From Octopus vulgaris (lineage: Eukaryota): 64,000 nt of DNA. The stretch is from assembly GCA_951406725.2 (NCBI GenBank), contig OX597830.1:20708001-20772000 (forward strand), in the 5' to 3' direction. The notes beneath the pieces were generated by a model that did not search any database, had not been told where the DNA came from, and saw only the letters and a list, made by a program, of their open reading frames with translations. The translations under genes and the position numbers were made by a program. The stretch's first letter is position 1. Each line of letters starts with the position of its first letter. Shown here in pieces: positions 29,647 to 42,290 of this stretch.

Positions 29647-29660
29647 CATCATCATTATTA

Positions 29661-29706
<46 letters not shown>

Positions 29707-29746
29707 CATCATGATAATCATCATCATAATCATTATTATTATTATT

Positions 29747-30222
29747 GAGTGAGCGATCAGAGCATGCCATCAAAGTGACACTGGGGTAAAATATACGAAG
29801 CCCAGTATACCCATCATGACTACCCGTCTGATAAGGGTACACCAGGCACATGCATCACAACCATATGTGCGCGACATGGTGATCTCATATCAAGATAAAC
29901 AGCACATGACCTTGCAGGTGGAGCCCAGTTAGAATTTTCTTCAGATCGAGTAACCCATCCCGCTCAAAAGGTCCTTGAATAAGGGTTATTTAAGGACGTT
30001 GAACGAAACACCCATGTTTCCAGAGGTGAATTATTCAAACCCCAAAGAATCCTTCTCAACACATGGCTATGATGCTCCCCCACTACTTCTGCTCGTGATC
30101 AGAGATGCACATATCGTCAGCCACTAAGGGACATGCTCAACTGGTTAAGGTCAAACAACTAACAAGCAAATCTGTGGTATTGAGCAGAATATTTGCTGTA
30201 GCCCATCTTTTATACCAAGACA
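29747..30222 (-). mobile_element. ~475-bp complex-sequence insertion embedded in an (ATT)n array; putative non-autonomous retroelement
   Basis: Sharp boundaries, (TAA)n on both sides, no ORF, no TIRs. Confidence 0.55.
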
Positions 30223-30281
<59 letters not shown>

Positions 30282-30305
30282 CATCATCATTATTATCATT
30301 ATTAA

Positions 30306-30350
<45 letters not shown>

Positions 30351-30351
30351 C

Positions 30352-30413
<62 letters not shown>

Positions 30414-30437
30414 CATCATTATCATTATTATTATTAA

Positions 30438-30476
<39 letters not shown>

Positions 30477-30477
30477 C

Positions 30478-30542
<65 letters not shown>

Positions 30543-30543
30543 C

Positions 30544-30614
<71 letters not shown>

Positions 30615-30710
30615 CGTCATTATTATTATTGTTATTATTATTATCATAATGAGTTCGAAAACAAGGAGACTTTTATAGAGCGGGACAGAGGGGAACATTT
30701 GTAACGATGG

Positions 30711-30735
30711 AAGAGAAGAAGAAGAAGAAGAAGAA

Positions 30736-30782
<47 letters not shown>

Positions 30783-30921
30783 AGAAGAAGAAGAAGAAGA
30801 AGAAGAAGAAGAAGAAGAAGAAGAAGAAGAAGAAGAAGAAGAAGAAGAAGAAGAAGAAGAAGAAGAAGAAGAAGAAGAAGAAGAAGAAGAAGAAGAAGAA
30901 GAAGAAGAAGAAGAAGAAGAA
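30711..30921 (+). repeat. (GAA)n of ~70 units
   Basis: Directly visible; one GAG interruption. Confidence 0.97.
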
Positions 30922-31491
30922 AGGTGAAAAGTCAATAGTGTAATAAAACAGAAATGCAAGCAGTAAAACTGCTGACAAATGATGTTTCGAATGTGATTGG
31001 ACGGAATGTAACTCGTACTGGAAACTGTACACCCTCTGCTCTTCTCCGTTAGGTGACGCTACGTTCCGCTGTATTTTGACGGTCTTATATCTTCCTCCTT
31101 GTTTTAATACACTTCGTTACGTGTCTCTGTCTCCTCACCGCCATCTTTTTTTTTTGCGGGGACTATATTGTTGACGAGTTAGTTTATATATGACGATTAT
31201 ATCTCGTGTTGTCAACGATGAAGCAGGATCCCGGTCGCTTGTTTATTGTTTTGGCTATGTCTAGTTATTTATTTATGTATTTGTGTTCTTGTTTTGCCTT
31301 GTTGCTGTTGTTGTTGTTGTTGTTGTTGTTGTTTTTGTTCTTGTTCTTGTTCTGGTTCATGTTTTTGTATGTATGTTTGTGTTTGTGTGCGTGTGTATAT
31401 ATATGTATGGTATGTATATATATATATATATATATGTGTGTATGTGTGTGTATACACATATATATACGTACATACACATCTATATATATAT

Positions 31492-31574
<83 letters not shown>

Positions 31575-31578
31575 CATA

Positions 31579-31939
31579 GGCGCAGGAGTAGCTGCGTGGT
31601 ATGTAGCTTGCTTACCAACCACATGGTTCCGGGTTCAGTTCCACTGCGTGGCACCTTTTGCAAGTGTCTTCTACTATAGCTTCAGGCCGACCAAAGCCTT
31701 GTGAGTGGATTTGGTAGACGGAAACTGAAGGAAGCCCGTCGTATATATGTATATGCGTGTCTGTGTGTGTGTATATATATCTGTGTTTGTTCCCCTAACA
31801 TCGCTTGACAACCGATGCTGGTGTGTCTACGTCCCCTTAACTTAGCGATTCGGCATAAGTGACCGATAGAATAAGTACTAAAGGCGGTGCTCCAGCATGG
31901 CTGCAGTCAAATGACTGAAACAAGTAAAATAGTAAAGAG

Positions 31940-31940
<1 letters not shown>
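31579..31940 (+). mobile_element. SINE A with internal deletion in the tail
   Basis: Head and tail match the other copies. Confidence 0.88.
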
Positions 31941-31991
<51 letters not shown>

Positions 31992-32474
31992 ATATAAATA
32001 ATATATATATATATGTATATATACACACATACATATATATATATATGCATATAAGGGTACAGGACGTCATAAACCGTAAACAACATGAACTACGAAAACA
32101 ATACATACATGCGTACATACATACATATTCTTGGGTTCCTTTTTTCTTATTTCTTTCGTGAAATTCCGTAAAGATAGAAAAACCGAAACATAGTCGGGGT
32201 GTGGGGTGGGGACAGCAAATAACTTTCGGTCGAAACTATGACAATTGTATGGAATCCTTAGGGAACAAGATAATGAACAGGGCTTCTAAACCGTTGCTTG
32301 GTTCCTAGAAATAGCGACACTTTACTGTTTTGTAAGAAAGCAAGGCTGGTTTTATGAAGAATGTAGTACTTTCGAGATATTTAATGTTTAAAAAGAGGTT
32401 GCCATGGATGGAACTCCTGAGCTGAGATTAAAAATCAGAATCATAAACTTCATTAAGAGATAGTTTAGATTTTT

Positions 32475-32612
32475 GAAATACAGGTACAACAGAAACAGGA
32501 AGAAAGAGTGAGAGAAAATTGTGGTGAAAGAGTACAACAGGGTTCACCACCACCCCCTGCCGGAGCCCCGTGGAGCTTCAGGTGTTTTCGCTCAATAAAC
32601 ACTCACAACGCT
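32475..32612 (-). mobile_element. SINE C central fragment
   Basis: gagtgagagaaaattgtggtgaaagagtacaacag...ggagcttcaggtgttttcgctcaataaacac. Confidence 0.75.
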
Positions 32613-33047
32613 CTGTCATTTGTTCGACTAACGGCGGTGCTTCAGCATGGCCGCAGTCAAATAACTGAAACAAGTAAAAGAGTAAAAGAGTATAAATATG
32701 TACGAATTGTTGGGGGTTGTGTATGTATGTGCATGTGTACGCAAAAGAAACGGGGATTAGAAATCCTGGCGAATAATTTTCAAGCACTCTATAGGAGTCA
32801 AACTTATCTAAGCAAGTTGATCAGCGGAAGTGATTGCAATCTACGAAGTCCGTAAATATACATTCCACTGTCTGAGCTGTTTGAAAAATCCAAAGTTCAT
32901 AAACTGAAAATTTCAGTATAAGGTCAAAGAGTGTGGAAGAAAAAGTCGAAAGAACAAAGAATTATATAGTTTTAACATCCGTAATTGAAAATGCGCAGTT
33001 CTCCGTTCTCTTGTGTTTTTTCTCTCTCTTTCTCATTTCTCTCTGTA

Positions 33048-33087
<40 letters not shown>

Positions 33088-33200
33088 TGTGTGTGTGTGT
33101 GTGTGTGTGTGTATGTATTTTATAATATGCGCATTCATATCGCTCCGCGTTGCATTACCTGTGGCTATATAAAGCAACTTGTCCGTCTGCTGAAGACAAA

Positions 33201-33632
33201 ATGACTGCGGAATGCAGAGAATGTAGGTACTGTTTGATAACCGCCGTGTTGGTGTTCATCTTGGTCACAGTATATGCATGTGGTGGCGGTGGCAGTGGTG
33301 GCGATGGTGGTGGTGCTGGTGGTGCTGGTGGTGGCGGCGGCGGCATCGAGGGCGGTCGTGGTGGTGGTGGTCGTCGTCGTCGTCGTGTAGTTGTTATCGG
33401 TGGTGGTGGTGGTGCTGGTGCTGGTGCTGGTGGCGACGGCGGCAGCGGCGGTGGCGGTAGCGGTAGCAATGGCGGTAGCAGTGGATGCAGCGGCGGCGGC
33501 GACGGTGGTGGTGGTGGTGGTAGCAATAGTGGTGGTGATGGTGGTGGCAATGGTGGCGGTGGTGGTGGTGATGATGATGATGATGATGGCACAGCTATTG
33601 CAGGTGGTGGTGGTGGTGGTGGTGGTGGTTGA
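33201..33632 (+). CDS. Possible secreted glycine-rich small protein (143 aa), unverified
   Basis: TATATAAA at 33166, caaaATG context, N-terminus MTAECRECRYCLITAVLVFILVTVYA-C; the remainder is GGN-repeat sequence that could be plain microsatellite. Confidence 0.2.
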   Translation: MTAECRECRYCLITAVLVFILVTVYACGGGGSGGDGGGAGGAGGGGGGIEGGRGGGGRRRRRVVVIGGGGGAGAGAGGDGGSGGGGSGSNGGSSGCSGGGDGGGGGGSNSGGDGGGNGGGGGGDDDDDDGTAIAGGGGGGGGG

Positions 33633-34325
33633 AGAGGAGGAAAGGTAGGGGAAGAATAGTGGGTTTCACCTGGCGGTGTATGATGGTGGAGGCTGATCGC
33701 TGAATGGTAAGTACTGGTTGACGGATAACGATAGATGATTGAAGGTACGCACTGAATAATGAATAATTGGTTTTGCGGCTTGAGGATAATTAGAATGAAT
33801 GTTAGTAATTTAAAAATTTTAATTAAATTCTATCTTGATAACACTAGGAGTAGACGCACAGACAGATTGGCTTCAGCGGCGAATTGAAACCGAGATGCAG
33901 ATTTAGCAAGCAGTCACTGTGTTAAATTAAAGTAACGAACCAGATGCGCAGCTGGGGGATGCGACGGGAGAGGCGACCCCATCCGGGTGGCGCTTTATTA
34001 GGGGTGGCACTTTTGGGTCTCCTACATAAGCTTGTAGTTGTGGAAGAATAGTGCGGCACACCCATGGCCCACTCTGGGTGGCACGCACACACTAGCTACA
34101 CCACCACTGAGGACGAGAGTTGTTATGTCATTATAGACGATGGGATGGCCACGGTTGAACGGGTTTTGTTAGAACTGTGGCTACACGACAACACTGACAT
34201 TAGTCACAACTGTCCTCACTTTTACTACTACTACTACTGCTGCTACTATTACTACTACTACTGATTCTGCTGCTACTACTACTATACTACTATTACTACT
34301 GCTGCTGCTACTACTACTACTGATT

Positions 34326-34405
<80 letters not shown>

Positions 34406-34676
34406 ACCACTACTACTACTACTGCTACGTCTGCTATTATTACCATATCACGAGGACCAACACTACTACCGCTACCCATAAACAACCGCCATTGGCCACT
34501 ATTACCACAACGATCAATACTGCCACCAACACAACAACTACTACTACCACCACCGCACCTATCACTATTATTGCTGCTAACCATGACCATCACTGCAACA
34601 CCCGCCGCCACCAAAATTTCCATTACCTTCAAAAGAATAACCTCACTACAATCATCACCATCGTTACCCCGCCACA

Positions 34677-34707
<31 letters not shown>

Positions 34708-35950
34708 CACCATAATCACAACCACTACCATCATCACCACCACTACCATCATCACAAGCAGCAACAACATCACTGTCACCACCACCTCCACCACCATCAT
34801 CACCTCCACCAATACCGCCGCCACCACCAACAAAACCATCATCACCAACACAACCACCATCACCGCCACCATCACTACCAACATTATCATCATCACCACC
34901 ACCACCACCATCACCATCATCACCTCCACCACCACCAATAAAACCATTACCACCACTACCACCACCATCACCACCATCATTATCATCATCACCACCACCA
35001 CCATCATCCCCACCACCAAATACCGCCACCACTAACAAAACCATCATCACCACCACCACCATCACAACCACCACCACCATCACCACCATCATTATCATCA
35101 TCACCGCCATCACCACTTTCACGACCACCGCCGCCGCCTCCGCCACCGCCATCACTGTCATCACCATCACTATCACCATTTCTACCAACGTCATCACCAC
35201 CGTTGCCACCACCATCACCGCCATCACAACCACCACCATCACCACCACCACCATAACCACTAACAACAAGTATCACCGACATCAGCACCATCACCACCAC
35301 CACCACCACCATCATGAAAGTAATGAAAGGCAATCACGTGACACGGCGAGAGAGCAATCTAGTTGAAATTTATCCGGTATTTACGAGCCAAACGTGAATT
35401 TCCTAATGATTTGTCGAGGAAATATTAAAGTTTATGGACGTTAGACGAAAATAAAACAACGTCTTAATACAGCTATTGTTGCTTCTAACACACGCACGCA
35501 TACAAACACACTCGCATGTGCACACCTACGCAAGCGAACGCTACATGCGTGCGCACGCACATGAACGCATGCAGACGAATGCAACTCAACCTCTTTAGTT
35601 TTCTTTAATTGGTCGCTTCATTTCATGTATGTATATACATATGTATATATTTACTCACAAATATCTATACACACATATATACACACTCCTACACAGACAG
35701 AGAGTTATTAGTTAGGGATTAACAATCTAGGGAAAATACTTTATAAGCTCTCTGTTTGTACACCAGACTCACAATTGTGTTTAAATTAGTAAAGAACTCC
35801 GCGTTTTCTTGTGGCGAGGTCCGCGTTTATAGTTCATCAGTTTTCTACGTTAGTCTTCGGTTTAATTCATGCTACATATGTTTCAATAGCACAGTGATTT
35901 ATTTGCACATAATGTTTTACATGATATAATTTGATATTATATAATTTTTA

Positions 35951-36364
35951 TTAAATACGCTCGTTTACGTGTCATCTCATCAGGCGTCATCAATCGCCGA
36001 AGGAACGCATCGAGATGGACGTATGTATTTATGTGTGTGTATGTGTGTGCATGCGTGCGTGTGTGTGTGTGTGTGCGTGTAGTAACCCCTTCTGTCATCC
36101 CACCTACTGAAAGCCCTATGGCGATAGAAGCGTGGTAACGTGTGCAGACCCACCCGATTGGAAGAACAGAATAAGTTAAATACGCTCGTTTACGTGTCAT
36201 CTCATCAGGCGTCATCAATCGCCGAAGGAACGCATCGAGATGGACGTATGTATTTATGTGTGTGTATGTGTGTGCATGCGTGCGTGTGTGTGTGTGTGTG
36301 CGTGTAGTAACCCCTTCTGTCATCCCACCTACTGAAAGCCCTATGGCGATAGAAGCGTGGTAAC
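35951..36364 (+). repeat. Two identical 189-bp direct repeats separated by 36 bp
   Basis: 35951-36139 equals 36176-36364. Confidence 0.92.
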
Positions 36365-36489
36365 CTATTGACAAGGAGGAAGCATAAGGAGAAGGCGATC
36401 ATCTCTGAAGACGATACCATCTCTTGTACGTATGTAAACGTATATACCTATATATATATATATACATGCATATATACATACACACACAC

Positions 36490-36551
<62 letters not shown>

Positions 36552-37217
36552 TAGAATCTCCTCCGTCTCAGCCAGAAAAAAGGCCTTTTCGTTTGTATTC
36601 TTGTTTGTTTTCTTGTTTATTTTTATTTCTCGTATTGTATTTTCTTGTACATGTATTTTTATCTTGTATTTTATTTTGTAGTTTTATTTGTATCATTTTT
36701 ACGTCCTGTTTGTGATACATTTTTTCTTGCTTGTTTTTACCCCTCTACGAGGCAATTTTATTTTAATTCTCTCGCAGGAAGGATTAGTTTGGCGAGTCGT
36801 GTCCTGTCTTGCCTTCGAAACACGCTGGAGCCGAACTAGTGACAGCTGATGATAGGGGATTTTTCCTTGTGTAGTATGAACTGTACTCTGTTTTTTCTGT
36901 TGTAAAAAAAAATGGTTTTTCCATTTTCGTTTCTCGTTGAGTTCTACGTCTCTGTTTTTCTGTTGTAAAACAAAAAAAAATGGTTTTTCCGTTTTCGTTT
37001 TTCGTTTCTCGTTGAGTTCTACGTCTAGTTGTGGTGTCCTGTACTCACGTGTATATATATTTATATGTGCATGTATATATACATGTAGATATAGGTACGC
37101 ACATATATGTTTGTATGTATGCATATATTTTATTTATTACACTATTGTTTGACAGCGCCCTCACGTCGGGTTCGATTCGATTCGTTCGCTTCGTTCCGTT
37201 TCTTATTCTCCCAGTAC

Positions 37218-37267
<50 letters not shown>

Positions 37268-37473
37268 TTTTATTCTTTCATTTGTTACAGTCATTTGACT
37301 GCGGCCATGCTGGAGCACCGCCTTTACTCGAGCAAAACGATCCCAGGACTAAGTTACGGGGACGTAAACACACCAGCATCGGTTCTCAAGCGATGTTGGG
37401 AGACAAAAACTGACATACAAACATATACACACATACACACATACACACATACATACATACATACGTACATACA

Positions 37474-37505
<32 letters not shown>

Positions 37506-37560
37506 CCGCGGGCTTCTTTCAGTTTCCGTCTACCAAATCCACTCATAAGGCTTTGGTCGG

Positions 37561-37562
<2 letters not shown>
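37268..37562 (-). mobile_element. SINE A, 5'-truncated
   Basis: Tail, (ACAT)n and part of the head. Confidence 0.85.
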
Positions 37563-37610
<48 letters not shown>

Positions 37611-37611
<1 letters not shown>

Positions 37612-38017
37612 TAGCAGTATCGCCCGGCGTTGCTCGGATTTGTAAGGGAAATAACTATATAAGCATTTTAGAGAGTTATAGCCAAAAAATAGCAAAAAAA
37701 TGCATAAAAAATGGGAAAAAAGTGATGGTAAATTTTTTTAATAATCGTTGACTCATCGTAGACATTTTTAGAGAGTTACTTCTCTTATTTAAAAGCGAAA
37801 AATGCACTAAAATGGGGAAAAATGATGGTAATTTTTTTTTTAAATCGTAGACTCATCGTAGACTCATCGTAGACGCGCGCTAATACCCAGAAGGGCTCGA
37901 TATGAATCACGACTATAAGATACGCGGTTTTGGTTAAACTGCACCGCAAAATGTGGGAGTAGTTAGGAATCTAAATCGTAGGAGACAGACACACAACCTT
38001 ACTTTTATATATAAAGA
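37611..38017 (-). mobile_element. Non-autonomous Helitron
   Basis: rc begins TCTTTATATATAAAAG and ends ccgagcaacgccgggcgatactgCTAG (subterminal hairpin plus CTAG); inserted between A and T with no TSD. Confidence 0.8.
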
Positions 38018-38127
38018 TATATATATAATGTATGCATGTACGTATATTTCTTAGACTAAAACACTTTACGGCAATGCTCCATCATGGCCGAAGTCAAGTG
38101 GCTGAAACAAATAAAAGAATAAAAGAA

Positions 38128-38168
<41 letters not shown>

Positions 38169-38269
38169 ACGCGTTGTGGCCTTGAGCAAGATACTTTATT
38201 TCAATCGGCTCCAGACCTCTTAGTTGTCAAAACAAAAAGAAGACATAAGCAATGAACATCCGTTTGACA

Positions 38270-38990
38270 CCTTCTGCGAAGATTTTGTACGGAAGGTAGT
38301 GGGAATACATCATTTCGCTTCAGAAACTGTATTACTCTAGAAGCAAAATTCCATTGAAACGGAATCGGAGAAGACAGATTTCCGTCGATAGCACCAGATT
38401 ATTGAAGACTATTACAGACTATTACGGACATGTGTACGTTGAGGCTATAGACACGATTATCTCTTCTATCGATCAACGCTTTAATCAGCCGAGTTACAAC
38501 ATATACTCGAGGTTGGCGACAAGGTTGCTTCTTAAGGTGATCTACAAAGAGAATACCTCATTAGAAATCAATTTTATTAAGGAAATACATCAATGTCTTT
38601 GACATTAATTCTTTGATAGTTTAACTTCCGACATTAGAAGTTTTTATGAGAAAAACATAATAAAAAACAAAAAAAAAACTCTGTTCTTTGGCCGACATTG
38701 TAAACTATCTGAATAACAAAACAGAAAATAACAACAGCCGATGGCATAATATCAGAGATTTGTAAAATTTGCCAACTTTTCCTGGTAACTCCTGAAACGT
38801 CTGTTACGGTTGAGTGAACCATTTTCTTTAGCAAAACGATAAAAGAGACATTTTTGGTTAAGAATGATACAAGAGAAATTAACTTCTTTCGATTTACTTT
38901 CGTATCGCAAAGAACTACGAGATATATTAAATCTGATTGCAGTCGCTGCGGAATTGCTTTCTCCATATGAGAAGAGGCATAAAGGAATTC
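38270..38990 (+). pseudogene. Decayed hAT transposase C-terminal region (ZMYM1-like type)
   Basis: DYYGHVYVEAIDTIISSIDQRFNQPSY; SEICKICQLFLVTPETSVTVE*TIF resembles the hAT dimerisation motif PATSxxxERxFS. Confidence 0.7.
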
Positions 38991-39278
38991 AGAAGAATCT
39001 GATTGGCTGATCAGGTTTTATAATTATTACTGTCATTTTCTTTAAGACTGACACTCTATAATTAATATTTTGCTAATAATACATTGCAAAATTTAATCGA
39101 CACCTTTAAAACTATCTGTCTGTCTGTCTGTCTATAACAAAATAAGACAGGTTACGATTACAGTGAAATTATCGATATTATTCGTGTTTGTATTTACGGT
39201 CGAGTACACCTTAGAATTAATTTACATTTGAAAGCGCTGGGGACGCCGGCAAATGTTTTAACCACCTTCAGCATATAT

Positions 39279-39579
39279 TGTTTATTCCTTCTCAAGCCAT
39301 GCCTGGCTCATAAGGGCCGGTTTCCCGGTTTCATTGGCGTATAGGTTCCCCACCTGGACGGGACGCAGGTCCGTCGCAGGTGAGCTGCAAGACGCAGAAG
39401 GAAAGAGTGAGAGAAAGTTGTAGCGAAAGAGTCAGCAAGTTCGCCATTACCTTCTGCCGGAGCCGCGTGGAGCTTTGGTGTTTCGCTCATAAACACACAC
39501 ATCGCCCGGTCTGAGATTCGAACCCGCGATCCCTCGACCGCGAGTCTGCTGCTCTAACCACTAGACCATGTGCCTACAC
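39279..39579 (-). mobile_element. SINE C (tRNA-derived) with V-domain-like tail and 11-bp TSD
   Basis: rc head tggtctagtggttagagcag...gggttcgaatctc; ctgcgacggacctgcgtcccgtccagg; TSD tcagcatatat at 39268-39278 and 39580-39590. Confidence 0.88.
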
Positions 39580-39610
39580 TCAGCATATATCATACATTAT
39601 ATATCTACAC

Positions 39611-39707
39611 AGGGCGGCGAGCTGGCAGAACGTTAGCACGCCGGGCGAAATGCTTAGCAGTATTTCGTCTGCCGTTACGTTCTGAGTTCAAATTCCGCCG
39701 AGGTCGA
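39611..39707 (+). mobile_element. SINE B head
   Basis: ggcggcgagctggcagaacgttagcacgccgggcgaaatg...gagttcaaattccgccgaggtcga. Confidence 0.85.
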
Positions 39708-39776
39708 TGTAAATCCCGCTTTGAGGTTAGAAAACAGTAATGAAGAATACAAACGTAAGTGTAGATGATGAAGAAA

Positions 39777-39890
<114 letters not shown>

Positions 39891-39921
39891 AAGAAGAAGA
39901 AGAAGAAGAAGAAGAAGAAAG

Positions 39922-40090
39922 TCAAAATTAAGAGAAGAGTGCCATTGTTATCTAGTGAACGATATTTCGACATCTTGTGTGTCTTCAACTGGTTTAAAAA
40001 AATAAAATTAAAACACAAAACAGTTGAAAACACACGAGATGTCAAAATATCGTTCACTAGATAACAATGGCACTCTTCTTTTCATTTTGA
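39922..40090. repeat. Long inverted repeat, ~60-70-bp arms
   Basis: agaagagtgccattgttatctagtgaacgatattt...ttcaactg pairs with cagttgaa...aaatatcgttcactagataacaatggcactcttct. Confidence 0.92.
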
Positions 40091-40130
40091 TTCTATATCT
40101 TCTGGAGGAGCTACCTCAATCCTTTCTATG

Positions 40131-40194
<64 letters not shown>

Positions 40195-40195
<1 letters not shown>

Positions 40196-41105
40196 GGTTT
40201 CAAATTTTGCCACAAGGGCAGCCATTTGGTACTTAATTTATCGACCCCGAAAGGATGAAAGTTGAAGTCAACCTCTTCGGAATTTCAACAGGCGAAATAC
40301 CTATTTCTTTACTACCCACAAGGGGCTAAACACAGGGAAGACAAACAAGGACAGACAAATGGATTAAGTCGTTTATATCGACCCCAGTGTTTCACTGGTA
40401 CTTAATTTATAGACCTCGAAAGGATGAAAGGCAAAGTCGACCTCGGCGGAATTTGAACTCATAACGTAAAGACAGGCGAAATACCGATAAGTACTTCGCC
40501 CGGCGTGCTAACGTTTATTTCTTTATTGCCTACAAGGGACTAAACATAGAGAGGACAAACAAGGACAGACAAACGGATTAAGTCGATTACAGCGACCCCA
40601 GTGTGTAACTGGTATTTAATTTATCGATCCTGAAAGGGTGAAAGGCAAAGTCGACCTCCGGCGGAATTTGAACTCAGAACGTAAAGACAGGCGAAATACC
40701 GCTAAGCATTTATTTCTACTCTAGGCACAAGCCCGAAATTTTGGGGGAGGGGGCCAGTCGATTAGATCGACTCCAATACGCACCTGGTACTTAATTTATC
40801 GATCCCGAAAGGATGAAAGGTAAAGTCGACCTCGGCGGAATTTGAACTCAGAACATAAAGGTGGACGAAATACCTATTTCTTTACTACCCACAAGGGGCT
40901 ACACACAGAGGGGACAAACAAGGACAGACACACGGATTAAGTCGATTATATCGAATTCAGTACGTAACTGGCACTTAATTTATCGACCCCTAAAGGATGA
41001 AAGGCAAAGTCGACCTCGGCGGGATTTAAACTCAGAACGTAACGGCAGACGAAATACGGCTACGCATTTAGCCCGGCGTGCTAACGATTCTGCCAGCTTG
41101 CCGCC
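40195..41105 (-). mobile_element. Head-to-tail concatemer of ~5 SINE B (Meta-domain-like) units
   Basis: Repeated ggtacttaatttatcgaccccgaaaggatgaaaggcaaagtcgacctcggcggaatttgaactcag. Confidence 0.88.
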
Positions 41106-42218
41106 CACCCGCCCTATATATTGTGACGCTATGGTACATTTACCAAGAATGCGAAACGAATATTACCCAGGGTACTTAATATCAGATATGTGAGTTCCCA
41201 ATGAAGCAAAGGGAAGAACTAATCTAATGTTATCTATGAAGGGCTTTTTTTGGTTTTCTTTTTGTTTTCTTTTGTTTTTTTGTGGTTTTTTTTTTTTTTG
41301 TAATTGGGATATTTTAGGTTGCTCATTAAATTACGAAAATATGGTAATGCCTTTCTTCAGTTACGTAATATTATTCCACCATTTGTGACAGTAGCTACAG
41401 AATTTACTATCAGAGTGACGGTCTGTTAAAAATAAAGAGAAGATATTCGCCACTACAAGATGGCTAATCAATATTCATTGGCCCAGATAAATGGCGCAGT
41501 AAATTTACTTCCTGAAAAACTATTGTTGCTAGTTCTTTTAGTTAGAACTCTTTCACTTCTTCCATTTTGAATAATATTTGCATTTCTTTGTCTTTCATTC
41601 ATACCATTTGCTTTACTTCGTTCGGCACTAAAAACCCTTAAATCTACCTCCAGCAATTAACCTTCTTTCTTGTGTTTCCACCACATTTTTCAAAACTTAT
41701 TTTTTCTCCTTTTTTAAAGTAGTTATTCGTCTTCTTTTACTTTCGACTCCTGCTTTGTTTTTACTTGTATTTTCCATGTTATCTTCTTAAACGTAAAATG
41801 CTTCCATCTATACTTCGAATTATTCTCTTGCTCCTTTCGGGGCTTTCCTTTGGCGGCTGTTTTACAGCACTCTGCAATCTAGGTCGAACTCATTAAATTT
41901 TAATACATGCATACATACATACATACATATATCTCGTTACTTGTTTCAGTCATTTGACTGTGACCATGCTGGAGCACCGCCTTTAGTCGAGCAAATCGAC
42001 ACCAGGACTTATTCTTAGTAAGCCTAGTACTTACTCTATAGGTTTTTTTTGCCGAACCGCTAAGTTATTCGGATGTAAACACACCAGCATTGGTTGTCAA
42101 GCGATGTCGGGGCAACGAAAAAATAAGTACCAGTGGAGTACTGGAGTCGATGTAATCGACTATCACCACCCCCCCCCCAAAAAAAAAATTTCAGGCCTTG
42201 TGTCTACAACAGAAAGGA

Positions 42219-42290
<72 letters not shown>

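Noticed and set aside
33940-34110. Possible degenerate hAT MITE (cagatgcgcagctgg ... ctagctacaccaccactg)
   Set aside because: TIR match too degenerate and no TSD
40195-41105. Regularly repeated ~60-bp core with variable intervening sequence (CRISPR-like look)
   Set aside because: Eukaryotic context, no cas genes, and the intervening parts are themselves repeated SINE tails
41440-41900. Pyrimidine-rich unique stretch with a 62-aa - strand ORF
   Set aside because: No motif recognised; may be an old LINE fragment but cannot be supported
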